Origin: Macrostomum lignano
Lineage: Eukaryota
Direction: 5' to 3'
DNA: 64,000 bases
Assembly (NCBI GenBank): GCA_002269645.1
Contig: NIVC01000659.1
Span: forward strand, 426,232-490,231
Shown: one piece after another, positions 52,979 through 64,000 of the stretch
Numbering within the stretch: the stretch's first letter is position 1
Layout of the letters: each line of letters opens with the position of its first letter
Notes under the pieces: generated by a model
Database searches by the model: none
Told to the model about the DNA's origin: nothing
Seen by the model: only the letters and a program-made list of their open reading frames with translations
Made by a program: the position numbers and the translations under genes

Positions 52979-55900
52979 AGGGGATGTCAACTTAAGCACC
53001 AGAATGGAGCCCGAAGTTCAGCTCCGGCCCAAACCGACTGCAATCGATAACTTGTCGGCCCAGACGACTAGAATCGCCGAGACATCCCATCCGGCTCCCT
53101 TCCTTGGGGTCCCAGGGGATAAAGGGGATAAAATGGGGATCTCATGTCAACTTAAGGCTCTGGAATGGAGCCCGAAGTTCAGCTCCGGACCAAACCGACT
53201 GCAATCGATAACTTGTCGGCCCAGACGACTAGAATCGCCGAGACATCCCATCCGGCTCCCTTCCTTGGGGTCCCAGGGGATAAAGGGGATAAAATGGGGA
53301 TCTCATGTCAACTTAAGGCTCTGGAATGGAGCCCGAAGTTCAGCTCCGGACCAAACCGACTGCAATCGATAACTTGTCGGCCCAGACGACTAGAATCGCC
53401 GAGACATCCCATCCGGCTCCCTTCCTTGGGGTCCCAGGGGATAAAGGGGATAAAATGGGGATCTCATGTCAACTTAAGGCTCTGGAATGGAGCCCGAAGT
53501 TCAGCTCCGGACCAAACCGACTGCAATCGATAACTTGTCGGCCCAGACGACTAGAATCGCCGAGACATCCCATCCGGCTCCCTTCCTTGGGGTCCCAGGG
53601 GATAAAGGGGATAAAATGGGGATCTCATGTCAACTTAAGGCTCTGGAATGGAGCCCGAAGTTCAGCTCCGGCCCAAACCGACTGCAATCGATAACTTGTC
53701 GGCCCAGACGACTAGAATCGCCGAGACATCCCATCCGGCTCCCTTCCTTGGGGTCCCAGGGGATAAAGGGGATAAAATGGGGATCTCATGTCAACTTAAG
53801 GCTCTGGAATGGAGCCCGAAGTTCAGCTCCGGACCAAACCGACTGCAATCGATAACTTGTCGGCCCAGACGACTAGAATCGCCGAGACATCCCATCCGGC
53901 TCCCTTCCTTGGGGTCCCAGGGGATAAAGGGGATAAAATGGGGATCTCATGTCAACTTAAGGCTCTGGAATGGAGCCCGAAGTTCAGCTCCGGCCCAAAC
54001 CGACTGCAATCGATAACTTGTCGGCCCAGACGACTAGAATCGCCGAGACATCCCATCCGGCTCCCTTCCTTGGGGTCCCAGGGGATAAAGGGGATAAAAT
54101 GGGGATCTCATGTCAACTTAAGGCTCTGGAATGGAGCCCGAAGTTCAGCTCCGGCCCAAACCGACTGCAATCGATAACTTGTCGGCCCAGACGACTAGAA
54201 TCGCCGAGACATCCCATCCGGCTCCCTTCCTTGGGGTCCCAGGGGATAAAGGGGATAAAATGGGGATCTCATGTCAACTTAAGGCTCTGGAATGGAGCCC
54301 GAAGTTCAGCTCCGGACCAAACCGACTGCAATCGATAACTTGTCGGCCCAGACGACTAGAATCGCCGAGACATCCCATCCGGCTCCCTTCCTTGGGGTCC
54401 CAGGGGATAAAGGGGATAAAATGGGGATCTCATGTCAACTTAAGGCTCTGGAATGGAGCCCGAAGTTCAGCTCCGGCCCAAACCGACTGCAATCGATAAC
54501 TTGTCGGCCCAGACGACTAGAATCGCCGAGACATCCCATCCGGCTCCCTTCCTTGGGGTCCCAGGGGATAAAGGGGATAAAATGGGGATCTCATGTCAAC
54601 TTAAGGCTCTGGAATGGAGCCCGAAGTTCAGCTCCGGACCAAACCGACTGCAATCGATAACTTGTCGGCCCAGACGACTAGAATCGCCGAGACATCCCAT
54701 CCGGCTCCCTTCCTTGGGGTCCCAGGGGATAAAGGGGATAAAATGGGGATCTCATGTCAACTTAAGGCTCTGGAATGGAGCCCGAAGTTCAGCTCCGGAC
54801 CAAACCGACTGCAATCGATAACTTGTCGGCCCAGACGACTAGAATCGCCGAGACATCCCATCCGGCTCCCTTCCTTGGGGTCCCAGGGGATAAAGGGGAT
54901 AAAATGGGGATCTCATGTCAACTTAAGGCTCTGGAATGGAGCCCGAAGTTCAGCTCCGGCCCAAACCGACTGCAATCGATAACTTGTCGGCCCAGACGAC
55001 TAGAATCGCCGAGACATCCCATCCGGCTCCCTTCCTTGGGGTCCCAGGGGATAAAGGGGATAAAATGGGGATCTCATGTCAACTTAAGGCTCTGGAATGG
55101 AGCCCGAAGTTCAGCTCCGGCCCAAACCGACTGCAATCGATAACTTGTCGGCCCAGACGACTAGAATCGCCGAGACATCCCATCCGGCTCCCTTCCTTGG
55201 GGTCCCAGGGGATAAAGGGGATAAAATGGGGATCTCATGTCAACTTAAGGCTCTGGAATGGAGCCCGAAGTTCAGCTCCGGACCAAACCGACTGCAATCG
55301 ATAACTTGTCGGCCCAGACGACTAGAATCGCCGAGACATCCCATCCGGCTCCCTTCCTTGGGGTCCCAGGGGATAAAGGGGATAAAATGGGGATCTCATG
55401 TCAACTTAAGGCTCTGGAATGGAGCCCGAAGTTCAGCTCCGGCCCAAACCGACTGCAATCGATAACTTGTCGGCCCAGACGACTAGAATCGCCGAGACAT
55501 CCCATCCGGCTCCCTTCCTTGGGGTCCCAGGGGATAAAGGGGATAAAATGGGGATCTCATGTCAACTTAAGGCTCTGGAATGGAGCCCGAAGTTCAGCTC
55601 CGGCCCAAACCGACTGCAATCGATAACTTGTCGGCCCAGACGACTAGAATCGCCGAGACATCCCATCCGGCTCCCTTCCTTGGGGTCCCAGGGGATAAAG
55701 GGGATAAAATGGGGATCTCATGTCAACTTAAGGCTCTGGAATGGAGCCCGAAGTTCAGCTCCGGCCCAAACCGACTGCAATCGATAACTTGTCGGCCCAG
55801 ACGACTAGAATCGCCGAGACATCCCATCCGGCTCCCTTCCTTGGGGTCCCAGGGGATAAAGGGGATAAAATGGGGATCTCATGTCAACTTAAGGCTCTGG

Positions 55901-56287
55901 AATGGAGCCCGAAGTTCAGCTCCGGCCCAAACCGACTGCAATCGATAACTTGTCGGCCCAGACGACTAGAATCGCCGAGACATCCCATCCGGCTCCCTTC
56001 CTTGGGGTCCCAGGGGATAAAGGGGATAAAATGGGGATCTCATGTCAACTTAAGGCTCTGGAATGGAGCCCGAAGTTCAGCTCCGGACCAAACCGACTGC
56101 AATCGATAACTTGTCGGCCCAGACGACTAGAATCGCCGAGACATCCCATCCGGCTCCCTTCCTTGGGGTCCCAGGGGATAAAGGGGATAAAATGGGGATC
56201 TCATGTCAACTTAAGGCTCTGGAATGGAGCCCGAAGTTCAGCTCCGGACCAAACCGACTGCAATCGATAACTTGTCGGCCCAGACGA
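52979..56287 (+). repeat. Left arm: about 20.5 copies of the 161-bp unit
   Basis: ORF track recurs every 161 nt from 53004 to 56224. Confidence 0.98.
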
Positions 56288-56823
56288 TTATTCCATTCAA
56301 AACATCGATAGCTACGAAGGTGACTCCTGGAGAGACTTTGAGTTACACATCCAAGCCGCCGGGAGTGTTGGAAGTTTCGGCAAGCGACGCCGCTAGAAAC
56401 TGGAGCAACCGATTCGGTCGGTGGCATCCGTCTTGATTTTTCTTGATTTGATTCTGCCATAATTCAAAATCCTACCGCGTGATTCTTAGAGTGTGTGACA
56501 GCAGCGGACAATCGCTTTGGTTTTAGAGATCCAGGATTGCAACTTCTTCCTGGCTTCTACTCGTCAGCAAAAGCAGGAAGTAGGACTGCAGGCTGCGATT
56601 GTCATGTACGAGCGTAATGGCATTGCTCAAACTCCTGGGCTGCTACGCTTACCACCAAGATACATATGTAGCTATCGAAGGTCTGGTGCCGGCCTTCGCT
56701 TTGTTGATTTCGCTCTTCCACGCAGCCTTGTTGCCAGACTTTATGCTAGAGAAAACGCTTTACCACAGCAGCGAAAGCCTACTGAGCAACATTTTAGGGG
56801 CCAGCGAGAGGAGTTTCAGTCAG

Positions 56824-59368
56824 CCCAAGGAAGGGAGCCGGATGGGATGTCTCTGCGATTCTAGTCGTCTGGGCCGACAAGTTATCGATTGCAGTCGGTT
56901 TGGGCCGGAGCTGAACTTCGGGCTCCATTCCAGAGCCTTAAGTTGACATGAGATCCCCATTTTATCCCCTTTATCCCCTGGGACCCCAAGGAAGGGAGCC
57001 GGATGGGATGTCTCGGCGATTCTAGTCGTCTGGGCCGACAAGTTATCGATTGCAGTCGGTTTGGGCCGGAGCTGAACTTCGGGCTCCATTCCAGAGCCTT
57101 AAGTTGACATGAGATCCCCATTTTATCCCCTTTATCCCCTGGGACCCCAAGGAAGGGAGCCGGATGGGATGTCTCGGCGATTCTAGTCGTCTGGGCCGAC
57201 AAGTTATCGATTGCAGTCGGTTTGGGCCGGAGCTGAACTTCGGGCTCCATTCCAGAGCCTTAAGTTGACATGAGATCCCCATTTTATCCCCTTTATCCCC
57301 TGGGACCCCAAGGAAGGGAGCCGGATGGGATGTCTCGGCGATTCTAGTCGTCTGGGCCGACAAGTTATCGATTGCAGTCGGTTTGGTCCGGAGCTGAACT
57401 TCGGGCTCCATTCCAGAGCCTTAAGTTGACATGAGATCCCCATTTTATCCCCTTTATCCCCTGGGACCCCAAGGAAGGGAGCCGGATGGGATGTCTCGGC
57501 GATTCTAGTCGTCTGGGCCGACAAGTTATCGATTGCAGTCGGTTTGGTCCGGAGCTGAACTTCGGGCTCCATTCCAGAGCCTTAAGTTGACATGAGATCC
57601 CCATTTTATCCCCTTTATCCCCTGGGACCCCAAGGAAGGGAGCCGGATGGGATGTCTCGGCGATTCTAGTCGTCTGGGCCGACAAGTTATCGATTGCAGT
57701 CGGTTTGGTCCGGAGCTGAACTTCGGGCTCCATTCCAGAGCCTTAAGTTGACATGAGATCCCCATTTTATCCCCTTTATCCCCTGGGACCCCAAGGAAGG
57801 GAGCCGGATGGGATGTCTCGGCGATTCTAGTCGTCTGGGCCGACAAGTTATCGATTGCAGTCGGTTTGGGCCGGAGCTGAACTTCGGGCTCCATTCCAGA
57901 GCCTTAAGTTGACATGAGATCCCCATTTTATCCCCTTTATCCCCTGGGACCCCAAGGAAGGGAGCCGGATGGGATGTCTCGGCGATTCTAGTCGTCTGGG
58001 CCGACAAGTTATCGATTGCAGTCGGTTTGGGCCGGAGCTGAACTTCGGGCTCCATTCCAGAGCCTTAAGTTGACATGAGATCCCCATTTTATCCCCTTTA
58101 TCCCCTGGGACCCCAAGGAAGGGAGCCGGATGGGATGTCTCGGCGATTCTAGTCGTCTGGGCCGACAAGTTATCGATTGCAGTCGGTTTGGTCCGGAGCT
58201 GAACTTCGGGCTCCATTCCAGAGCCTTAAGTTGACATGAGATCCCCATTTTATCCCCTTTATCCCCTGGGACCCCAAGGAAGGGAGCCGGATGGGATGTC
58301 TCGGCGATTCTAGTCGTCTGGGCCGACAAGTTATCGATTGCAGTCGGTTTGGTCCGGAGCTGAACTTCGGGCTCCATTCCAGAGCCTTAAGTTGACATGA
58401 GATCCCCATTTTATCCCCTTTATCCCCTGGGACCCCAAGGAAGGGAGCCGGATGGGATGTCTCGGCGATTCTAGTCGTCTGGGCCGACAAGTTATCGATT
58501 GCAGTCGGTTTGGTCCGGAGCTGAACTTCGGGCTCCATTCCAGAGCCTTAAGTTGACATGAGATCCCCATTTTATCCCATTTATCCCCTGGGACCCCAAG
58601 GAAGGGAGCCGGATGGGATGTCTCGGCGATTCTAGTCGTCTGGGCCGACAAGTTATCGATTGCAGTCGGTTTGGGCCGGAGCTGAACTTCGGGCTCCATT
58701 CCAGAGCCTTAAGTTGACATGAGATCCCCATTTTATCCCCTTTATCCCCTGGGACCCCAAGGAAGGGAGCCGGATGGGATGTCTCGGCGATTCTAGTCGT
58801 CTGGGCCGACAAGTTATCGATTGCAGTCGGTTTGGTCCGGAGCTGAACTTCGGGCTCCATTCCAGAGCCTTAAGTTGACATGAGATCCCCATTTTATCCC
58901 CTTTATCCCCTGGGACCCCAAGGAAGGGAGCCGGATGGGATGTCTCGGCGATTCTAGTCGTCTGGGCCGACAAGTTATCGATTGCAGTCGGTTTGGTCCG
59001 GAGCTGAACTTCGGGCTCCATTCCAGAGCCTTAAGTTGACATGAGATCCCCATTTTATCCCCTTTATCCCCTGGGACCCCAAGGAAGGGAGCCGGATGGG
59101 ATGTCTCGGCGATTCTAGTCGTCTGGGCCGACAAGTTATCGATTGCAGTCGGTTTGGTCCGGAGCTGAACTTCGGGCTCCATTCCAGAGCCTTAAGTTGA
59201 CATGAGATCCCCATTTTATCCCCTTTATCCCCTGGGACCCCAAGGAAGGGAGCCGGATGGGATGTCTCGGCGATTCTAGTCGTCTGGGCCGACAAGTTAT
59301 CGATTGCAGTCGGTTTGGTCCGGAGCTGAACTTCGGGCTCCATTCTGGTGCTTAAGTTGACATCCCCT
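56824..59368 (-). repeat. Right arm: about 15.8 copies of the same unit, inverted
   Basis: Reverse-complement units every 161 nt. Confidence 0.98.
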
Positions 59369-59508
59369 TACATTAACTGTGATTAACAGAAACTCAAATG
59401 GGCAGATGAGTTGCAACTGAGGCTTTGTGACCTCATTAAATAAATGCATGATGCAGACTGTTGCAGCAGGCTTGAATAATATTCGACTGGCTTTCTGAAC
59501 TTGAATTT

Positions 59509-60187
59509 TGTAGTGATCCGCTAGTTTGGTGTTAGGCGTCGCACTTGGTCAGTAGTTTCCCTCGCCCTCGCCCTCGCCCTGGGGTCGCTGTTTGCCGCTG
59601 GTCAGCTTACTGGTGGCCTGTTTCCCCTTGACTGGTGACTTGCTCACATGACAGACCTTGTTTTCTTGAAGTCCTAAAAGTGCAGTAAACATGTTTACTG
59701 CACTCGCTGGTCTGTGTTTACGGCAGAATCACTTGCCTAAGGCCCATTCCTTCTCTAAGGAAAGGAGTGACTCATGTTTCTAAAAATAGATACTGAGTCA
59801 CAACCTAGTGCACTCTGCCAGGAGACCCCAAGTGACGTCAGGTCTAAAAATAGAACAAAGTCACCAGGTCTTGTGCGTTGGGGCAGTGGAGAATCCCGCG
59901 CTATAAATACAGACCCCCTCACCCTTTGTCGGATTTCCATCCTCCAATTATTTGTACTTTCTGTTTTGCAATTCAGCCTTGTACTTTTCAGTTAGCCGAC
60001 TCCCTTCGTCTGCCATGCTCTTCCCCACAGACAATCTCAATCGTTAATTCACCATAGATTATACAACTAACCTGTTCATTCTGTTAGTATAAATACAAGT
60101 TAAACTCGCGGATTAAGCCCTTCACCTTTTTTCTTTCTGCACCACTAATAACATATTATTAGTTATTAGTTTATTGTCTATTCGACA
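59509..60187 (+). mobile_element. 5' LTR of a BEL/Pao retrotransposon (679 bp)
   Basis: TG...CA ends; TATAAA at 59902; followed by PBS-like TGGTGGCAG at 60192-60200, which matches a tRNA-Leu-type 3' end. Confidence 0.82.
59679..59907 (+). promoter_or_regulatory. LTR enhancer/promoter: forkhead palindrome, AP-1-MEF2-AP-1, CRE-MEF2, TATA
   Basis: 26-bp palindrome at 59679-59704; TGACTCA 59768; CTAAAAATAG 59780; TGAGTCA 59794; TGACGTCA 59833; CTAAAAATAG 59844. Confidence 0.6.
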
Positions 60188-63100
60188 ATTTTGGTGGCAG
60201 AGCGTCATGGTCATCACACGATCGATAACTGACCAATCTGGCGACCAGACCCATCAGTCCCAGAATGACCACAGCACAGCCTCTGCAGAAGCGACCACTG
60301 CCACGGAGCAGCCACCCGTCGAAGCCAGCGACCCCCACCAGCCGCTTCATCCGCCACATCTGCTCCTCCCGCTGCTCCTTCTACGGCTCCGATATCTGCA
60401 ACAGCTCCACTGCCTCCGTCGACGTCAACGCCCTCCTGACCGCAATGACTGCGATGATGCAGCAGAACCAGCAGCTCATTCAGCAGCTCGCCGCCACCGT
60501 CCGTCCAGCCTCGACACCAGTTGCCTCAACGCCCGCATCAGATGCGCACGATCCGGCCGGGCTCATCCGCTCCACTGTCCTCAAAAAGGTCCGTCTCCCG
60601 ACATTCGACGGCACCGACCCTGCTGCATTTCCCGGGTTCTGGGACGCCTTCATCTACCGCGTCGACCAATCCAGCCTCAACGACGTCGACAAGTTCGAGG
60701 CACTCCGCGGTCTTCTATCCGGCCCCGCCCTCAGGAAGCTGGGCGCCCTTGATGCCTACCAACCCAACGCCTACGCCGAGGCCTGCCGCGTTCTCCAGGC
60801 TAACTACGCTGACGCGCAGGAGCAGAAAGACACCTGCTTCCAACGCCTCCTCGGACTATACTGCAGCTCTGCCTCCGACGTAGACGAGCTCGAGACCTTT
60901 ACCGACGCCCTCCGACTCGCTACCGGCCAGCTCCTCCGCCTTGGCGAGCCCGCCTTCACCCTCGACGGCTACGTCTACGCTCTCTGGAGCCGCCTCCCGA
61001 TCGAGCTGCAGAACGAGATCGGCAACCTTCGTGCTGCCAACGGGCAGCCTCTCGTGCCAACCATGACACAGCTCCAGAGCCACCTTGACTGTAAACTTAG
61101 GACTCTCCGGGCTGCCGCCACGACTACACCGACAGCGCCCTTTGCTACCGCAGACTTCCTGGGCAACACTGACTCTCAGCCGCCAATAGCGCGCTACCCC
61201 AGTGATCGCCGCCAGTCCACCACTCCTCGCACGGGCGCCACCCTTCACCACGTCACTCTGCACGCTTCGCTCCACCAACCAGCAACAGCACAAGCCCAGC
61301 CACTCATGCCTCTATTGCAACAGCTCCGAACATACCACCATGTCCTGCTGCAACATCCGCAAGCCGATGACCGGCTTAAAATCGTTCGAAATAAGAACCT
61401 TAGCCACAACTGCCTTCGCCGACACCAAACCAAGGACTGCCGCGACAACCGACGCTGTCGTATGTGCGACGCCGCACACCACACCTCGCTGTACGGGGCC
61501 TCCTTCGACGCCCGCTCCAGCCATCGCTCACCACCTAAGACAGCCCAAAACGCTCACGTTAATTCAAGTGGTGACGCCGACTCCAAAGAGACAGCCAACT
61601 CCCTAGTCTCTGCCGCAGCCGACGGAGGTCTCGTGCCGACCATCATGGCTACCTTCCGGGCGAAGGCCGTCAACCCAAAAGATGGCCGCTCCGTCGACTG
61701 CACAATTCTTCTCGACTCAGGCTGCTCGTACTCGCATCTCGACGGCACCGTTGCCCACAAGCTTGGCCTCAAATCCACCAAGAGACTCTCGATAGCCACC
61801 TCCACCTTCCACTCAGAGTCCAGGCGTCAGATAACGGCGGACCTCGTCAGTTTCGACTTCCAGGCCCCAGACGGTCGCCGCTGGCCAATCACAGCCCTCG
61901 CCTCCGACCAGCTAGCAGCCCCGATCCAAATACCGGCCGTAAAGCCCCCTGAAGATGTCCTTAACACCCTGGGCAGTGTCAACAACGGCGTCTGCAACCT
62001 CCCGCCCGACCACGATACAGACGGTACCCTCGACCTCATCCTCGGTGGTGACGTGAACCAGTTACTCACCGGTCTTGCAATTTCTGTCCTCGCTCTTCGA
62101 CCAACTCTAACGGCCTACCTGACGCCCTTCGGAGCTATCCTCAACGGTGCCATCAACGACACGGGTGCCCGCAACATCAACAGCTTCCTCGGGTCCTCTC
62201 AGGTTCTCGTCGCTAACACCTACCTCAACATCAACAACGACAACCTTCACCTCGACCGACTCCTGGACCACATGTCCAACCTTGAAGCTCTCGGCATAGC
62301 AAAGGATGCTGGAAGGCCGGACCCCAAGGATGACAGGCTCACTAAGCACCTGCTCGACACCATCACGCGTGATTCTGATGGTCGAAGCTCAGTCGACTTG
62401 CCATTTAAAATCAGCGCTGAACTGCTCTCATCAAACTTCGGGCAAGCCTTAGGACGAGCGCAGGCCACGCACCGGCGACTAAGCCTCCCGGAGCGAGAAG
62501 CCTACTACGCCGAGTTCGAAAAACGGAAAGCCGAAGGAGTCTTAGAGCGAGTTGACCCCAAGCGAGACAACAACGGGCAGATCCTTCACGTTCTACCGCA
62601 CTTCCCTGTCATCAAGGAAAGCTCGAATACCACAAAAATTCGCCCCGTTGTCGACGCATCAGCAAAGACCTCTCTTGCCGGCGCTACGCTCAATGATTTT
62701 CTAGAGCCTGGACCAAACCTGTTGACCTCTCTACTCCAAATCCTTTTAGTCCATCGCGCCCACCGCTTCGCCATCTCGTCCGACTTCCAAGCTGCGTTCT
62801 ATCAGATCGGGGTCAATGAACGCATCAATCTACGTATCATTGTCCAAGAGACATCTCTCAACCGCTCATCGACGGCAACTTTGAAAAATGGCGCCTCACC
62901 CGCATCGTCATGGGTGCTTCTCCCAGCCCGTGGATCCTTCTCGCAGTCCTGCCACAAGATTTGTCTCGACGCTCTTAACTCTGGAGAAACATGTCTGACT
63001 CGTACCGAGCTCGAACGCGTCATAGGTGGTCTCTACTTCGACAATCTAGAATCGTCGGAACCGACACTGAGGAGGACGCCGCCCGACTAGTCCGTGGACT

Positions 63101-63730
63101 TTGCGAGCTCTTCCGGCGTGCCTGCTTTCATCTTTGCGAGTTTGCCACAAACCTGCCCAGCTGCCTCTCCACGATTCCCAATGAGGATTGCATCCGCAGC
63201 CACAAATTCGGCCTTCTGGGTCTCACCTGGGCCACCAACGCAGACCGCATCACCCTCAAGAAGCCCAACCTGCCACGCCCAGAGGAACTGACCCGCCGAA
63301 AGATATGCCAAGGTGTCCACACCCCCTACGACCAGCCGGTTACGCCGCTCCACTCATACTCAGCGGTCGTCTTCTATACCGCCACGCTTTCCAAGCCACC
63401 GATCACTGGGACGAGATCGCCAGCTCTGAAATCAGAGACGCCTGGGCAAAGCTCGCACCAGATTCTCCGCCTCGACGAAGTCACCGTGCCGCGCTTCGCC
63501 ATTAAGGACGCCAGCTACTCAGTTCGTCTCGTTATTTTATCTGACGGTGCTCCTGGGGCCTATGGTTTTGCCATCTACGCCTGGCAGTGCGTCGGTTCCA
63601 GCGTCTCCTGCCGCCTCATCTTCGCTAAAGCTCGACTCACCCCAGCCACCAAAGCAAGGCCTCCTCGTCACGGTTCCGCGACTCGAACTCTGGGCAGCCT
63701 CAGTCATCCTCGACGCAATGCGCAGCCACT
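60188..63730 (+). mobile_element. BEL/Pao gag-pol internal region, frameshifted and truncated before integrase
   Basis: Gag LPTFDG..FWDAF; Zn knuckles; protease ILLDSGCSYS; RT LPHFPVIKES..KIRPVVDAS, LNDFLEPGPNL, SDFQAAFYQI, LYFDN; RNase H ILSDGAPGAYG, LIFAKARL, PRLEL, spread over several frames. Confidence 0.92.
60265..63090 (+). pseudogene. Longest remaining BEL gag-protease-RT ORF (941 aa), partly out of frame
   Basis: Probable true start MVITRS at 60207 is in another frame. The first knuckle (CLYCNSSEHTTMSC) and the RT motif WRLTRIVMGASPSPW are also in alternative frames. Confidence 0.8.
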
Positions 63731-64000
63731 TGCAGTTCGAAGGGGGGGGCGTAGCCCAGCGGTAGCGCAGCTGCTCTGGTGTGCCAGCGACCCAGGCCGA
63801 TTCCAAGTGCAGTCACATTAATTTGGGGCTGAATTGGAATCTCGGCTTGGCCTCTGCTCGGCAATTAACGGCCTTGAGAGCCAACCCCCCAAGGCGCAGT
63901 GAAGTGTACATGCCTAACGATAATATACAGTTAGGGCCGCTGTACACTCCTGTGTGAGTGTGTGCCTGTGTACGTATCGCGCGCTTGTGTGCCTGCTCAG

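Larger units (their letters stand above)
52979..59368. mobile_element. Foldback-like element: inverted arms of 161-bp tandem units around a 536-bp spacer
   Basis: Both termini share the variant AGGGGATGTCAACTTAAGCACCAGAATGG, absent from internal units. Best candidate TSD is TAA/TAC (imperfect). No transposase recognised. Confidence 0.75.

Noticed and set aside
53004-59343. Dozens of identical 122-aa ORFs (MEPEVQLR...)
   Set aside because: By-product of the 161-bp period, which is not a multiple of 3; overlapping ORFs with no protein motif.

Overview
Eukaryotic (animal) genomic DNA with spliceosomal introns, GC-rich exons and very dense minisatellites. The style resembles a free-living flatworm such as Macrostomum; this is inference only. 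Host genes: a 4-exon DUS1L (minus) with an intronless NHL-repeat gene nested on the same strand in intron 1; a 2-exon PSMA7 (minus) about 3 kb upstream; an intronless ZFAND4 (plus); a tandem cluster of ARF-like GTPases (two intact, one decayed), both intact copies carrying Arg at the catalytic Gln position; a small, very hydrophobic orphan ORF; and a fibrinogen-domain pseudogene plus a 5' stub of a paralog. Mobile DNA: an intact Tc1-type DD37E (TRT-like) transposon, two MITEs, a probable non-autonomous Helitron, Gypsy pol debris, and a decayed BEL/Pao element with a related LTR 13 kb away. The two LTRs share a conserved MEF2/CRE/AP-1/forkhead motif cluster. The most striking structure is a 6.4-kb foldback-like element: two inverted arms of near-identical 161-bp units, each with a four-tract G-quadruplex motif, around a 536-bp unique spacer.
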